DNA of 64,000 nt from Selaginella moellendorffii (Eukaryota > Plantae > Lycopodiophyta). Within the stretch, counting starts at the first letter, position 1, and each line of letters opens with the position of its first letter. The DNA lies in NCBI RefSeq assembly GCF_000143415.4, contig NW_003314352.1:302278-366277 (forward strand). Reading direction: 5' to 3'. Made by a program: the position numbers and the translations under genes. The notes beneath the pieces are model-generated. The model was given only the letters and a program-made list of their open reading frames with translations, did no database searches and was not told where the DNA came from. Shown here piece after piece: positions 49,994 to 62,746 of this stretch.

Positions 49994-51063
49994 ATGACGG
50001 GCGAGAGGAATTTGGGAGAGAGGACTAAATTGAGGGTCTTGTGCTTGCACGGGTTCAGGACGAGCGGAAGCATCCTTGAGAAGCAGCTCAGCAAATGGAG
50101 CAGCTCAATTCACGAGCTCTTGGATCTGGTAAGCAAGCAGAAAAATTCCCCCTTTGGTTTCTAGCTTCGAAAATCCCATTGGTTTTTGCAGACTTTTCTG
50201 GATGCTCCGTATCCAGCGAAGGGGAAGTCGGATGTGGAGGGATTTTTCCCACCGCCGTACTATGAGTGGTTTCAGTACAATCATGTAAGCTGCAGTCCTT
50301 CGTTTTTTCTTTTTTTTTTTTTTGACCTCCTCCCGCTGCAGGATTTCACCGAGTACACGGGATTCGACGAGACAGTCCAGTTCATCGCAAACTTCATGGA
50401 AAACAATGGTCCTTTCGATGGACTTCTCGGTTTTTCTCAGGTAAGATTTCCCGTTGCGGTAGGGAAGCGTGGCTGACTCTTGGCAAATCCAGGGCTCAAT
50501 CTTGTCTTCCGCACTTGTCGGGATGCAAGAAAAGGTAGAAGCAACACAAAGGTCGTCTTGTGTTTTTCTTTGCTAACGCGGCTCTTTCTCTTTGTCTCAC
50601 AAAAAGGGTAAAGCGCTGACTGGAATTCCTCCCGTGAAATTCGTGATATCGGTGTCGGGTGCAAAGCTCATTGCATCGAAATTCGCGTTTGTCTACTCCG
50701 ATGGCATCCGGCGTCCCTCCGTTCACGTCTTAGGTTCGAGCTGACAGCTAGTTTTCTTTAACTCTTCCCAAATTCTCTACTCTCTCAGGTGACAAGGACT
50801 GGCTTAGAACACCAGGCGAGGAGTTGCTCAAAGCCTATGAATCACCACTCGTCATCAGACATCCCAAAGGCCACACGGTTCCAAGACTCGGTAATACTTC
50901 CTGCTCATTTGCTCTTTCAAAGTGGTGATTTATTTTTCCAGACGAGAGATCGACCATGGTCATGCGAGACTTCCTCCTCCAGCAGCTGACGTTCCAAAAA
51001 TCGACACTGGTCAAGCAGATTGCGATAGACGAGGACTCCAGGGAAATAGCAGTGGAAGCGTAA
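49994..51063 (+). CDS. FSH1/OVCA2-family serine hydrolase (multi-exon)
   Basis: KLRVLCLHGFRTSG, PPPYYEWFQ, GPFDGLLGFSQG (nucleophile Ser), HVLGDKD, HPKGHTVPRL. Confidence 0.93.
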
Positions 51064-51482
51064 GCTCCCATTTTATACGAATAAACTTTTGGAAGTTCCT
51101 CTTGCATGGGGAATATCTCAGAATCTTCATGTCAGCTTTATAAATTTTGTTGCTCGTTCCTGGAAGCGTCGTCCATGGCTTCTGGGAAAGACTCCCCGTA
51201 GATAAAATTCTTTGAAGAGCACGAAGTTCTCTCTTCTAACCGTATGCCCGTGTCCACCTTTAGGAGGACCAGCAAACGAGCATCTTCTCTTTCGTCTAGA
51301 ATCTCGATAGGTCATAGCATAATTTTCCTCCACTCGCGAGACATATTGTAGGGCTGCGCGGCCGCCTGGGGCGATCCTCCCAGCTATGGGCGTGCCCTCT
51401 AGGTAATCCACGGCTGTTCCACTGCCAGCAGCGGCTTTGCTACAGAGTAGTCGGGGGTTTTGCGCGACGGGATTGCTGCCCC

Positions 51483-54400
51483 ATGGGGATCGCTGGGAAA
51501 TTTTGCCGCACGGTGCCTGGCGGCGTGTGGGAGACGAAGATCGAGAATGGATTCGGCGCATTCACTCCCTGCGTCACCGACACGCTCGTCATCAACATCT
51601 CCATGCTGGTGCTGCTCTCCTTCGCCGTCAAGAGGATCCGGCTCATCAGGGGCTCCTCGGACGCCCCCGTTGTGAGGCACAGCGTCAAGCGGCGGCGTGG
51701 CCATGTTCTTCTCATCGCTCTAGCTGCGTATTCCGCCCTCCAGCCGCTTGCGCAGCTCGGCCTGGGGATTTCTAGTGACAATCCCGAAGGAAACAAATCC
51801 CCTCCACCTTACGAGGTATGGCATTTTTTATTATGTTCTCGCTGATGACTGTGGTTATGTCAGATTGTTGCTATGATCGTTTCCTCGGCTACTTGGATTG
51901 CTGTCCTGATAATGCTGTGCCTGGAGACGAGGATTTACGTGACGGAATACAAATGGCACTACCGTTTTGCTTTGCTTTACGTTCTGGTGGCCCAGATCAC
52001 GAAGTTTCGTTTCGTTCTTGAGCTCAAGGATTACCTGGACAAGTAAGTTGGTCCGATGTGTTTCTTAAGTTTGATATGACCGTGGCAATGGTTACTGAAG
52101 GTATGCGTTCGGGGTTTCTTGCGGTTACTTCGCAGCTCAAGTAAGCTGATTGTTCAACTCTCGTTCACTTGTTGCTGATGATGGATTTTCTCAGGCTGTG
52201 TTCACTGTTGTCGCGTGGATTTATTCTCCGGAGATCACCGAAGAAGGAGATTATCGTCCCATCCCCGAGGACATCACAGTTGAGTATGAAGATCAGATGC
52301 CGTCCGAGAAAGTTTGCCCGGAGTGCCATGCTTCAATTTTCTCGAGTATGTCAAGGTTTAAAATGGAAACGTGAGTGAGCTGATCGTACCTGTCATACAG
52401 GAATTGTCTTCTCATGGATGACTCCACTAATGGAGACAGGCTACAAGAGACCGCTTACTGAAAAGGATATTTGGCAGCTTGATGAGTGGGATAGGACGGA
52501 GAATCTCTATCGAAAGTAAGACATTTGCTGGGGAGCTTTGCAGACGATCTTGCCTTGTACTTGCAGTTTTAGGAAATTCTGGGATGACGAGTGCAAAAAG
52601 GCGAATCCGTGGCTTTTGGCAGCTTTACACAGATGTCTTGGACCGAGGTTTGGCACTTTTAGTAAGTTATTTGGTCTTTCTTCTCTGATGAAACGTTTTT
52701 ACGTTCCCTAGATTCTGGCTGGGTGGAATTTTTAAAGTAAGCTTTTCTCATCCTATACTATGTATCTAAGCATTTCTTGTCTTTTCAGGTTGGAAATGAT
52801 CTTTCTCAATTTGTTGGACCTTTTTTCTTGAATCTGCTTCTAGAGGTCAGTCAAGTGCTAATATCCATTACACTTGCTCAAATGTTTCAGATTTATAGTC
52901 AATGCAAACCGGTGCTCCCGTCTGGCAAGGCTACATATATGCAGCACTGATATTTGTTGGCATTGTAAGTTATCTTACATGTCTTGTCTCCCAAATTTTT
53001 ATTTCTCAACGCTTGCTTTATAGTTTGGAGGTGTTCTTTGTGAAGCGCAATATTTTCAAAACGTAATGCGTACAGGATTTCGTGCGCGCTCTGTTTTGGT
53101 TAGAATCGCCATTTGGTTTTTATCCCAGGTCCTTCGTATTTTTAACCATTATAGCATTGTATAGGTTGCTGCGGTGTTTCGAAAATCTGTTCGTCTAAGT
53201 CAAGTTGGGCGACAGGGGTTTACTTCAGGAAAAATTGTAAATCTGATGACTACTGATGCAGAAGCTCTTCAGGTACATCCAGATCAGTAAACTTATGTGT
53301 TGTAATTTAATTTATCAACAGCAAATATGTCAACAACTCCATGGCCTGTGGTCAGCTCCCCTACGGATTGTAGGAGCTGTAGTTTTCCTTTACTATCAAC
53401 TCGGCGTTGCATCCTTGATTGGTTCATCAATTTTGTTGTTGTTGTTTCCTGCTCAGGTGAGCGGTATATTTTCGTTTGTGAATATACTGACAACTTTGGC
53501 TTTTCGCTGTAGACTTTTATCATCAGTCGCATGCAAAAGCTGACAAAAGAAGGGTTACAGCGTACTGACACACGTATCGGCCTGGTCTCTGAAGTTTTAT
53601 CAGCCATGGACGTTGTGAAGTACGTGTGCGTATTTTTATTGTCTCGGTGTTTACTTTTGTAACACAGATGCTATGCCTGGGAGGATAGTTTTAGCTCAAA
53701 AGTTCAGAATGTTCGAAATGACGAGCTTAGTTGGTTTCGAAAAGCACAGCTTCTATCTGCGGTAAGTTCTCTTCATTCTACAGCTTCTTTACCTTCTTAA
53801 ACATCTCCACTTGCAGATAAACAGCTTTCTCTTGAACAGCATTCCGGTTTTTGTTACTGTTTTAGCCTTTGGCATTTACACGCTGTTGGGTGGGAAATTG
53901 ACACCGGCAAAAGCTTTTACTTCTCTCTCGCTATTTTCTGTTTTGAGATTTCCCTTATTCATGTTCCCGACTCTGATAACACAGGTGGAGTTTTTTAGAT
54001 GCTCGCTCAATTGGTGATCGTGGTCTTACAGGCTGTCAATGCGAAAGTATCCTTGAAGAGATTGCAAGAGCTCCTTCTTGCCGAGGAACTCGCATTACTA
54101 CCCAATCCACCCATACAGAAGGAATTACCTGGTATTTCAATCAAAGATGGCAGTTTTTCTTGGGATCCAAAGGTTTTCTGCTTTCACTTTCTTGTTTCTT
54201 TGTTGCTAAATATTGTTGCTCTGAAACAGGCAGAGCGGCCCACTCTTACGAACATAAATTTTGAGGTCCCAGTTGGAAGTTTTGTGGCCATTGTTGGGGG
54301 AACTGGAGAGGGAAAAACCTCTTTAATTTCAGCTGCAATTGGAGAGTTGCCTCCTCTCGCTGATACGGAAATTATATTGAGAGGAAGAGTAGCATATGTT

Positions 54401-57400
54401 TCACAAGTATCATGGATTTTTAATGCCACTGTAAGATCTTTTTTCTTTTTTCTTGCACACTAATAACGTTTCTTGAACAGGTCCGTGATAATGTACTATT
54501 TGGAGCCCCTTATGATCCAGTGCGCTACAACAGGGCTATTGAAGTTAGTGCGTTGGCACAGGACCTTCAAATATTAGCTGTAAGTAATTTGTTTGGTTTG
54601 TAAATTTGTATTGAGCATTTCGGCAGGGAGGAGACCTTACAGAAATTGGTGAGCGTGGTGTGAATCTTAGTGGCGGGCAGAAGCAAAGAGTATCTATAGC
54701 ACGAGCCGTGTACTCTACTGCGGACGTTTATCTATTTGATGACCCCCTGAGTGCACTCGATGCACACGTCGGCCGCGAAGTATTTGACAAATGTCTTCGT
54801 GACGAACTCAGAGGAAAGACGAGAGTTCTGGCAACAAACCAGCTCCATTTTCTTCCACACGTTGATTATATCTTCTTGGTCCACGACGGGATGATAAAGG
54901 AGCAGGGAACATACGAGGACCTTATTTCGAATGGACCTTTGTTTAAGCAGCTTATGGAGAATGCCGGAAAGATGGAAAATACCGACGAAGAGTCGGCTGA
55001 ATCGTCAGATGAAAGCAACATAAATGGTGACATGAAAACTCAGAGGGCGCCATCGTTAAAAAAGAAATCGAGCTCGAAGAAAGAAAAGAAGAAATCGGTA
55101 TTGATAAAGAAAGAAGAACGAGAAACAGGTGTTATAAGTTTTCGGGTTCTGGAAAGGTAAGTATTTAATTACTAATATACAGCTGCTGATTCTCTCTGTT
55201 TGCAGGTACAAAAATGCTCTCGGTGGATTCTGGGTTGTTGCCATCCTGTTTCTTTGCTACATTATGACAGAAACCTTTCGCCTTTCTAGCAGCACTTGGC
55301 TCAGCTATTGGACACAGCCAACTTCGGGCCAAGAGCACAGTGCCAACTTTTACAATGGTATCTATGGCGCACTGTCATTCTGTCAGGTATCCTGTTAGTT
55401 TTAAGTAAGTTCTACGTTTCCTCACCAAAAATTGCAGGTGCTGGTTACGCTCTTAAACTCCTTTTGGCTCGTCACCTCGAGCCTGTACGCTGCTGCACGC
55501 CTTCACAACGGGATGCTGGCATCCGTCCTTCGTGCTCCCATGTCTTTCTTTCATACAAACCCAATCGGTCGCGTTGTGAACCGCTTCGCCAAAGACACTG
55601 GAGACATCGACAGGAACGTGGCACTGTGGTCTAATATGTTCCTTGTTTCCATCTTTCAGCTCCTGTCTACGTTTGTGCTCATAGGGTTCGTTAATACGAT
55701 CTCTCTCTGGGCTATTTTACCTCTCCTTGTTGGATTTTATGTAGCGTATCTTTACTTTCAGGTAAACTCTGTTGTTTTTGTATCCTGATACTGACTACTC
55801 TTCTCCATACAGAGTACTGCTCGCGAAGTCAAGCGTCTCGATTCTATAACTCGCTCTCCTGTTTACGCACAGTTTGGGGAGGCACTTAACGGCGTGGCGA
55901 CTATTCGAGCTTACAGAGCTCATGATCGCCTTGCTGAGTTCAATGGCACGACAATGGACAACAACGTCCGTTTTACGCTCGTGAATATGAGTGGAAACAG
56001 GTGGCTCGCTGTACGTCTCGAGTTCGTTGGCGGCCTTATGATCTTTCTCGCCGCGGCATTTGCTGTTTTAGCCAATGCAAACGCATCGAGTCAAGCATCT
56101 GTGGCACCTCAGATGGGCCTGCTCTTGAGTTACGCTCTCAATATCACCTCGTTATTGACAGCGGTATTGCGACTAGCAAGCTTAGCCGAGAACAGCTTCA
56201 ACGCCGTTGAAAGGGTGGGAACTTATGCAGATTTGCCCGCGGAAGCTCCACTCGTGGTTGAGAACCGACGTCCACCTCCCGGTTGGCCTTCTGCTGGAGC
56301 CATCGAAATGAAGAACGTAGTCATGAGATATCGTCCGGATCTTCCGCCCGTGCTGCATGGCCTGTCTGTAAGCATCAAGCCCAGTGAGAAGGTGGGAATA
56401 GCTGGTCGAACAGGCGCAGGCAAATCCAGCATGCTCAACGTACTGTTCCGTCTCGTGGAGATCGAGAGTGGACAGATTCTGATTGACGGGTATGACATTT
56501 CGAAGATGGGATTGCGAGACTTGCGCAATGCTGTCGGAATCATTCCACAGACGCCAGTGTTGTTCTCAGGTGTGTATATATATTCAGAAACGAAGTTTTT
56601 TCTGACTCGTTTTTCTATCTCAGGTAGCATTCGTTTCAATTTAGATCCTTTCAACGAGCACAAGGACGTCGAGATCTGGGAGTCGCTGGAAAGAGCTCAT
56701 CTCAAGGACGTTGTGAAGCGGAATTCCAAAGGCTTGGACGCAGAGGTTGGTGTGTTTCTCTTTGGTACTTGTTCTCATTTTGTATGCCTGGTCATCTTAC
56801 AGGTAGCAGAAGCTGGAGAGAACTTTAGCGTTGGACAGAGACAGCTCCTTAGTCTGGCACGAGCTTTGTTACGGAGGTGTAAGATCCTTGTTCTGGACGA
56901 AGCAACTGCCGCTGTGGATGTTGGCACAGACGCCATCATCCAGAAGACAATCCGCGAAGAATTTCGCGCATGTACCATGCTCATCATCGCGCACAGGCTG
57001 AACACCATCATCGACTGTGACAAAATTCTCGTGCTTGATGCTGGCAAGGTAGGAGATGGTCATGAGTGTTGCAAGTATAATAACACCGCTTTCAGGTCGT
57101 CGAGATGGACACACCGGCAACTCTACTTGCAAATGAAAACGGTGTTTTCACGGGAATGATTCGCAGTACTGGCGCAGCCAATGCTCAGTATCTCATGGTA
57201 AGTTGACTACTTTCTTCACTTGTGAAAACTAAGTTCGTGTTCGCCATCTTCGAAACCAGAGCATTGTGAGAGGAGATGTCGACGTGAAGTCCGAGCTGGA
57301 AGAGATGGCCAGCATTGAGCAGCGAAAGTGGGCAGCGTCTGCGAGATGGGCCATCGCTACTCGGTGGGCATTAGCCAAGAGTTTAACAGCCTCCCAGGGC

Positions 57401-57745
57401 GATTTGCAAGCGATCTGCGGCCAGAGCAGCAGCAGCGAAACGCCGACGATACTCGAGACGACACGCGACGCGGTGCAAACGCTCCATGACTTACTCTCCG
57501 GAAGGCACAACGAGGCGATCGACGCGGAGCTCAGCGCACGCAACGCTCCTCGCGAAGTGTGGTGGAACTCCATGCTGAGAGTCATCGAAGGTCAGATCAA
57601 TGCTAACTATTCTATGCTCTCTTTTTAACTCCTATGCGTTGTTTTTTTGTTTTTTTTTCCAGGCCTTGCGGTCATGGCGCGCGGCGTTCGAAGCCGCCTA
57701 AATCGCTCTGGATCGGCTCAAAATTTTGCTTCTCTTGGTGACTAA
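51483..57745 (+). CDS. ABC transporter C family (MRP), Arabidopsis ABCC1/ABCC2-like; many exons
   Basis: N-terminus FC..VPGGVW....[13 protein letters not shown]1 [30 protein letters not shown]2 [34 protein letters not shown]-terminal W.AS.RWA.A..WALA.SLTAS typical of the ABCC1/2 clade. Confidence 0.96.
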
Positions 57746-57785
57746 CGACGCGAGAGTTAAGATGACCCTGCCGGTACGTTAAACT

Positions 57786-57798
57786 CACGTGCTATAAA
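57786..57798 (+). promoter_or_regulatory. G-box plus TATA box upstream of RALF
   Basis: CACGTG-C-TATAAA about 100 bp before the RALF ATG. Confidence 0.5.
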
Positions 57799-57895
57799 GA
57801 AAGAAACCAGAGCATCTATTTATTATCAGTGAGTATTTTTTTCTTTCACAGCTAGCTAGGGGGAGGAAGCGCGGTCGTGTAGAGCAAGCAAAGCT

Positions 57896-58231
57896 ATGGC
57901 GGCATGGACGATGAGCGGAGGTATGCTCGTTTTGGCGACAATGTGGCTCATTGTCGCTACGGTTGTTGCTTCATCTTCGTCGCCTCGAGATCCATTGCTG
58001 GGTCTGCTCCAGGCAGGGGGAAGATCGATCCAGTACTACCAAGAGCCGCCCAAGAAGAAGCAGCAGCACATCCACTACATCAGCTATGGCGCGCTCTCGG
58101 CTGATCGAGTCCCCTGCGCTCCAATGTCGGGAAGATCCTACTACACCCCCAACTGCGTCGCGGCGAAGGGTCCTCCCGATTGCTACGCTCGGCGATGCAG
58201 CACCATCACTCGATGCGCCAGGGACTCCTAG
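57896..58231 (+). CDS. RALF: Rapid alkalinization factor (RALF)-like peptide precursor
   Basis: Signal peptide, then YISYGALSADRVPC..GRSYY..NC...Y.R.CS.ITRCAR. Confidence 0.93.
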   Translation: MAAWTMSGGMLVLATMWLIVATVVASSSSPRDPLLGLLQAGGRSIQYYQEPPKKKQQHIHYISYGALSADRVPCAPMSGRSYYTPNCVAAKGPPDCYARRCSTITRCARDS

Positions 58232-60442
58232 CTAGCTAGCTAGTGCAGTGCAAATGGTTTTTTCTCTCTTTTTCTCTCTAAGTCTTTTATAAATTCATCT
58301 TCACCAATTAACTAAGAAATCACCCTTTTGAATTACTAGATAAAGGAATGACACTTTTTAGTTCGTGATCTAAGAATATTCATAGAATATTATCTTTCTA
58401 AACGTAATCCCATGCTGGAAGAGCTAGGGATGATCTTGCTAAATGTTTGCGTCCATTCCACTGGATGGGAGGTCGTGTCTGTGAGTTTTGGAAAGGTATG
58501 GTGAAGGACTGGGACACTGATACCAGGCACCAAGATGGCTAAGCACTATTCCTGGTCGAGGTTCCTCTGGATCTCAGCCAGCGGGTGCATCCACAACTTT
58601 ATGGTCACTAAAGTTTTCTCTGGAGGGATAAGACAATGAAGTGAAAGTCTAAAAACAAGGCAGGAGGATTGTTATTGTGGGGGGCTTGAACATTTCTCCA
58701 TATCCTATTGATTCATGGGATCCTGGCCCGGATTTTGAGATACTTCGTCTTCCTCTGAATGCTAGGAAAAGAGTGGAGGCACACAGTTAAAGCCACCATC
58801 TGCAAGGATCTTGGCAAGAATGAGGTGGTGATGCATCTTTTGACACGATGGGGATATACACTCAGCCCAGATGTTCTAGATGGACTTGAAACTCAAGATT
58901 TTGGACCTCAAGCCATTTTCACTCAACTTCAATTTATCTCATTTTCCGGATTATTCTTTATATATTTTTTATATTCTCAAAATATTAATATCTGTATTTT
59001 TTCAAATGTAATATGTACTTCATTTGTTGCTTATAGCTTGTTAGTTTAGAGGTCAATATTGTCTCAGTAGCCTCGAATAATCCTCACAAAAACTCATTTT
59101 ATATGAGTGAGATTCTTCAAGTCTAATTGATGAGCTCAAAGAGATTTTCAACCCTCTCTTAGCTTGCCATTGGTGCTTGCTTAATCTAGAGAATTAGGTT
59201 TTACATTTTCGAGCTAGATTGGCTCTCATTTTTAAGGTATAAAGTACAATAGAATGGTTGAACTTACATTAGGCCATCCTTCAGTGAAAATGCTTATGAT
59301 ACTACAAATTTTACAAGTCCCCATGATTAATATTTTGGTGGAGATTGAATCCTCAAGTTGGAGAGGATTGCTTCTGAAAACAAAGCGTTAATGTTATTTT
59401 AAGATTTCAATGATGCTTTGAATTTTTACCTAGGTAGGAAAATTCACATATGTATTTTTAATTTAGCCTATAAGATACTAGTTACAGTTGAGCAAATTTG
59501 TTGAGTTGAGAGTGTGTACAAAGGTTATTTTATGGTAGTTGGGTAGCAAAATTTTAGTAGTTATTATTATTAAAAATTTATAAATAAATAAATTTTTATT
59601 TTCAAAAGATCTAAATAAATTTGAAGACTATTTGATTGTTATAAGAACAAAAAATAAAAGAAAAGCCTCCACACTAAAGTTTTCCTAAAATATTGGCTAA
59701 TTTAAGTTTAGCACATCTATGTGATTCAACTATTTAGAGCATTCTTTAGCTCACATATGCACCTTAGCCAAATGATAAAATTAAGTTGTATTAAAAAGTA
59801 AGGTGTCTATCTATACATTTATTCAATGAATTCCTTGCATTAAAGTAGACAAAAAAAAGTGAGTACACTCAAAAGATTATTTAATTACTTGTTATATAAT
59901 AGTTGATCTTTTTTTTAGTTAATTCCAGATATTATTTTAGATTTGATAAACGTTTTTAGTGCCAATGAAGACAAATTTATTATCCTTGCAAAGTTTGTAA
60001 TAATGCTTTTATAAATATATCTGTGAATATAATTAATAGTGATATAGTGATAGAGATTGTGGTTATCCTTTACTTAGAATATTAAAGGGTAAATTTTATA
60101 TTTTTATAAGTATATTTTGAAAAAATAAAGGTTTTTTATCATTTATGTATCCCATGTGATCGTATGATTAATTTATGATTTGGCTTTGGCTACTGAATAG
60201 TATAATGCACCTTAATAAATAATTGTGGACACTATTAACAAATCAGAAAAAAGATATAAAGTTGCTATTTTGTTTTAAAATTATATTTTTAGGATAAAAA
60301 ACTACTCCATTAGACATTTGTTCACTCCAACAAGAGTTTTCCACTAGCACTACAAAGTTGATTTGTAATTACAAAATAATTATTTCTTGAAAATAAATAG
60401 TTTACTTTTAACCTCAAGAATTATAATTATATAATTATATAA

Positions 60443-60760
60443 TGTGAGTGTTCGGGATATGGGAATAGGTATATTAATTGAGGTTTAGACCCCTACTTAT
60501 ATACAATAATGGATAGACCAAATTCGGTCTTAATTAAATGGTCCTTATGTTATAATACTATAATTTCAATATATATATATATATATATATATTTACAAAC
60601 CTTGCATTATCCTCCCCTTCAAAAGATAAAATGGTGATGATGATAAGCTATGTGAAATGGAGTTTCTTCTGGGCAAATATAAACTACCCCAAAAATTTGA
60701 AACTCCCATTAAACCACCAAAATAGTTGTTAGAAACCATGATTGAAACAAAACCCAAAGA
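60443..60760 (-). mobile_element. Family A LTR plus adjacent PPT/internal fragment
   Basis: Collinear similarity to 921-1245. Contains a (TA)n tract. Confidence 0.8.
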
Positions 60761-61969
60761 CAATAACTTTAATTTAGTAAAATAAAAAAGAAAATCTATT
60801 GAAAAGATATGGAGAAATTATGGTGAGATTAGTAGTATGCCATATAAAAAAAGCATTATTCTCCAAAAAATTGAAATTTTTTAAGGCTTAATAATAAATA
60901 ACTACATTAAAGCTAATAAGCTCTTTGTTTTATTATTGGATTTAAAATTATTTTAAATAATATTATAATAATTTTAGGAAATAATATTGAAGAAACAATC
61001 ATATAATTGACTTTAGGCACAAAGAACCAAAATGCAAAATGTCCAGCTTAGGCTGCCCTCCTATGCTATTCTAAGCAACTCATTTGTCCGTGCAAACTTG
61101 TCTAGCGACAAAAAAACCACGGCCAGCCCAGTTTGTGAGAATTTGGGAACTCTATTGTAAAAGACAATGCCTGCAAATAATGCAATAATTTATGAGCAAG
61201 CTTGAACCTATTCTTTGGGATTATCATCCCAGAGAAAGAAACAACGAAGACAAGAAAAGGCATGCAATGGAAGGATTTAGAGGATCAGGTCCTTTTGAGC
61301 GATGACTTTAAGTCCCCCAAAAGTCAAACACTTAAAAACACCGCGAAATTACGTCATCGAGCATCTGGTCAACTCGGTGCCGCGTATGCCGGAGATGCCA
61401 CCACGTGTCGCAGTTGTTTCGGTTGGGATCGCGACGCCACTTCTATATTTCTTTTTGTTCACCGAGGAGCAAGTAAACTATAGTCCCATTCCAAAATTTA
61501 CACTTCGCAAAGCCCTCCCAAACATCATAACTGGAACACGGCACGTCTAGATGGATCAGAGAATTCTTTTTTTTTCTTGTGAGAATGGGGGTCTTTTGGT
61601 TTGGAGTGTTGCGTTGGTCACAACATCATACATTGAATGCCAATGTTGATGTTTACTTGTTTTCTCACACTCGGATCCACATCTGATCTAAATACCTCCC
61701 TCCTTACAACTATTGTTCTTCGTGGACTGGACAAGGAATCTTTTGGATCCATTCAACGCAGGGAATGTGGCACCACATGGAGGCCTTATTTGTGTTTTCC
61801 CCCACTTTAGATATGAACAAATTAAAAAAAAGGAGGAGGAAAACCACCAAGAACAAGGAGAAAAACAAAAGAAGGAATTGCGAAAACCATGTGCCATGGC
61901 CCGGCATTTGCAGCATTTGCATTTGCCTTTGCGTGTGGGACCAAGAAAACACGACGAACTATTCCAGCT

Positions 61970-62230
61970 GTTTGACCCCGCGATTTTCCAAACAAAGAAA
62001 CCATTGAAATGGAGTGCTCAACACTCCAAATCTTTGAAAGAAATCAACGGAACCAACGCTTGCCCGCGATCTTCGACCCGTTTGACCGAATCAAAAACGT
62101 GGTAGCAAATGTCAAAGGAGAGAGAAAGAGATCTGTACATTAGGTTTTCATGTATTTCTAATTATTAGGGGGCAAATATTAATCATCTCGACTCCGATGC
62201 ACAAAGATTCAAATGCGTTGACCTTGACCT
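61970..62230 (+). promoter_or_regulatory. W-box cluster in the WRKY promoter
   Basis: TTGACC at ~61972 and ~62082; tandem TTGACCTTGACC at 62218-62229; TATA-like at ~62328. Confidence 0.55.
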
Positions 62231-62746
62231 CTCTAAACAAATTATAGAGATCAAATTAAATAAGTTGAACTCATTAAGCCTTGGCCGCCACGCGTAGCCG
62301 AGCGAACGCAGCGCAGGAAAAATTAAAGTATAAAGGCACTGTTTGTCCGGGTGTCCGGTTCGATTCCTTCCACCATCACCTCTAGCTTTTTATTTTCTTT
62401 CGTGTGTGTCGGTCGGTCAGCTCCCGTTGTGGGCGCGAGCGCTCTTTCAGACATGGATCGTCTCTCTTCTTTCTCTTCTAGCGCGAGTTTACTCTAATCC
62501 TCTCCGCGTCCCCGCTCGATCCATCGCGCCTCTACTCGCTTTCGATTGATAGGGACTGGGCTGGGCCGCAAATTTGGATCTTTCTTCTCCTTTAGGCTCC
62601 ATAAAACCCCCGGGCCTTCTTTCGCTTCGATCGATCGATCGCCTTTGCGCATTCATTTCTCCAAAGGTGATATCTTACAGCCAGTTCCTAGCAGCCCAAT
62701 TTGGGGATTTTCTTTCTCTTCCACCGAGATCTCGCAGAGCTCAGAC

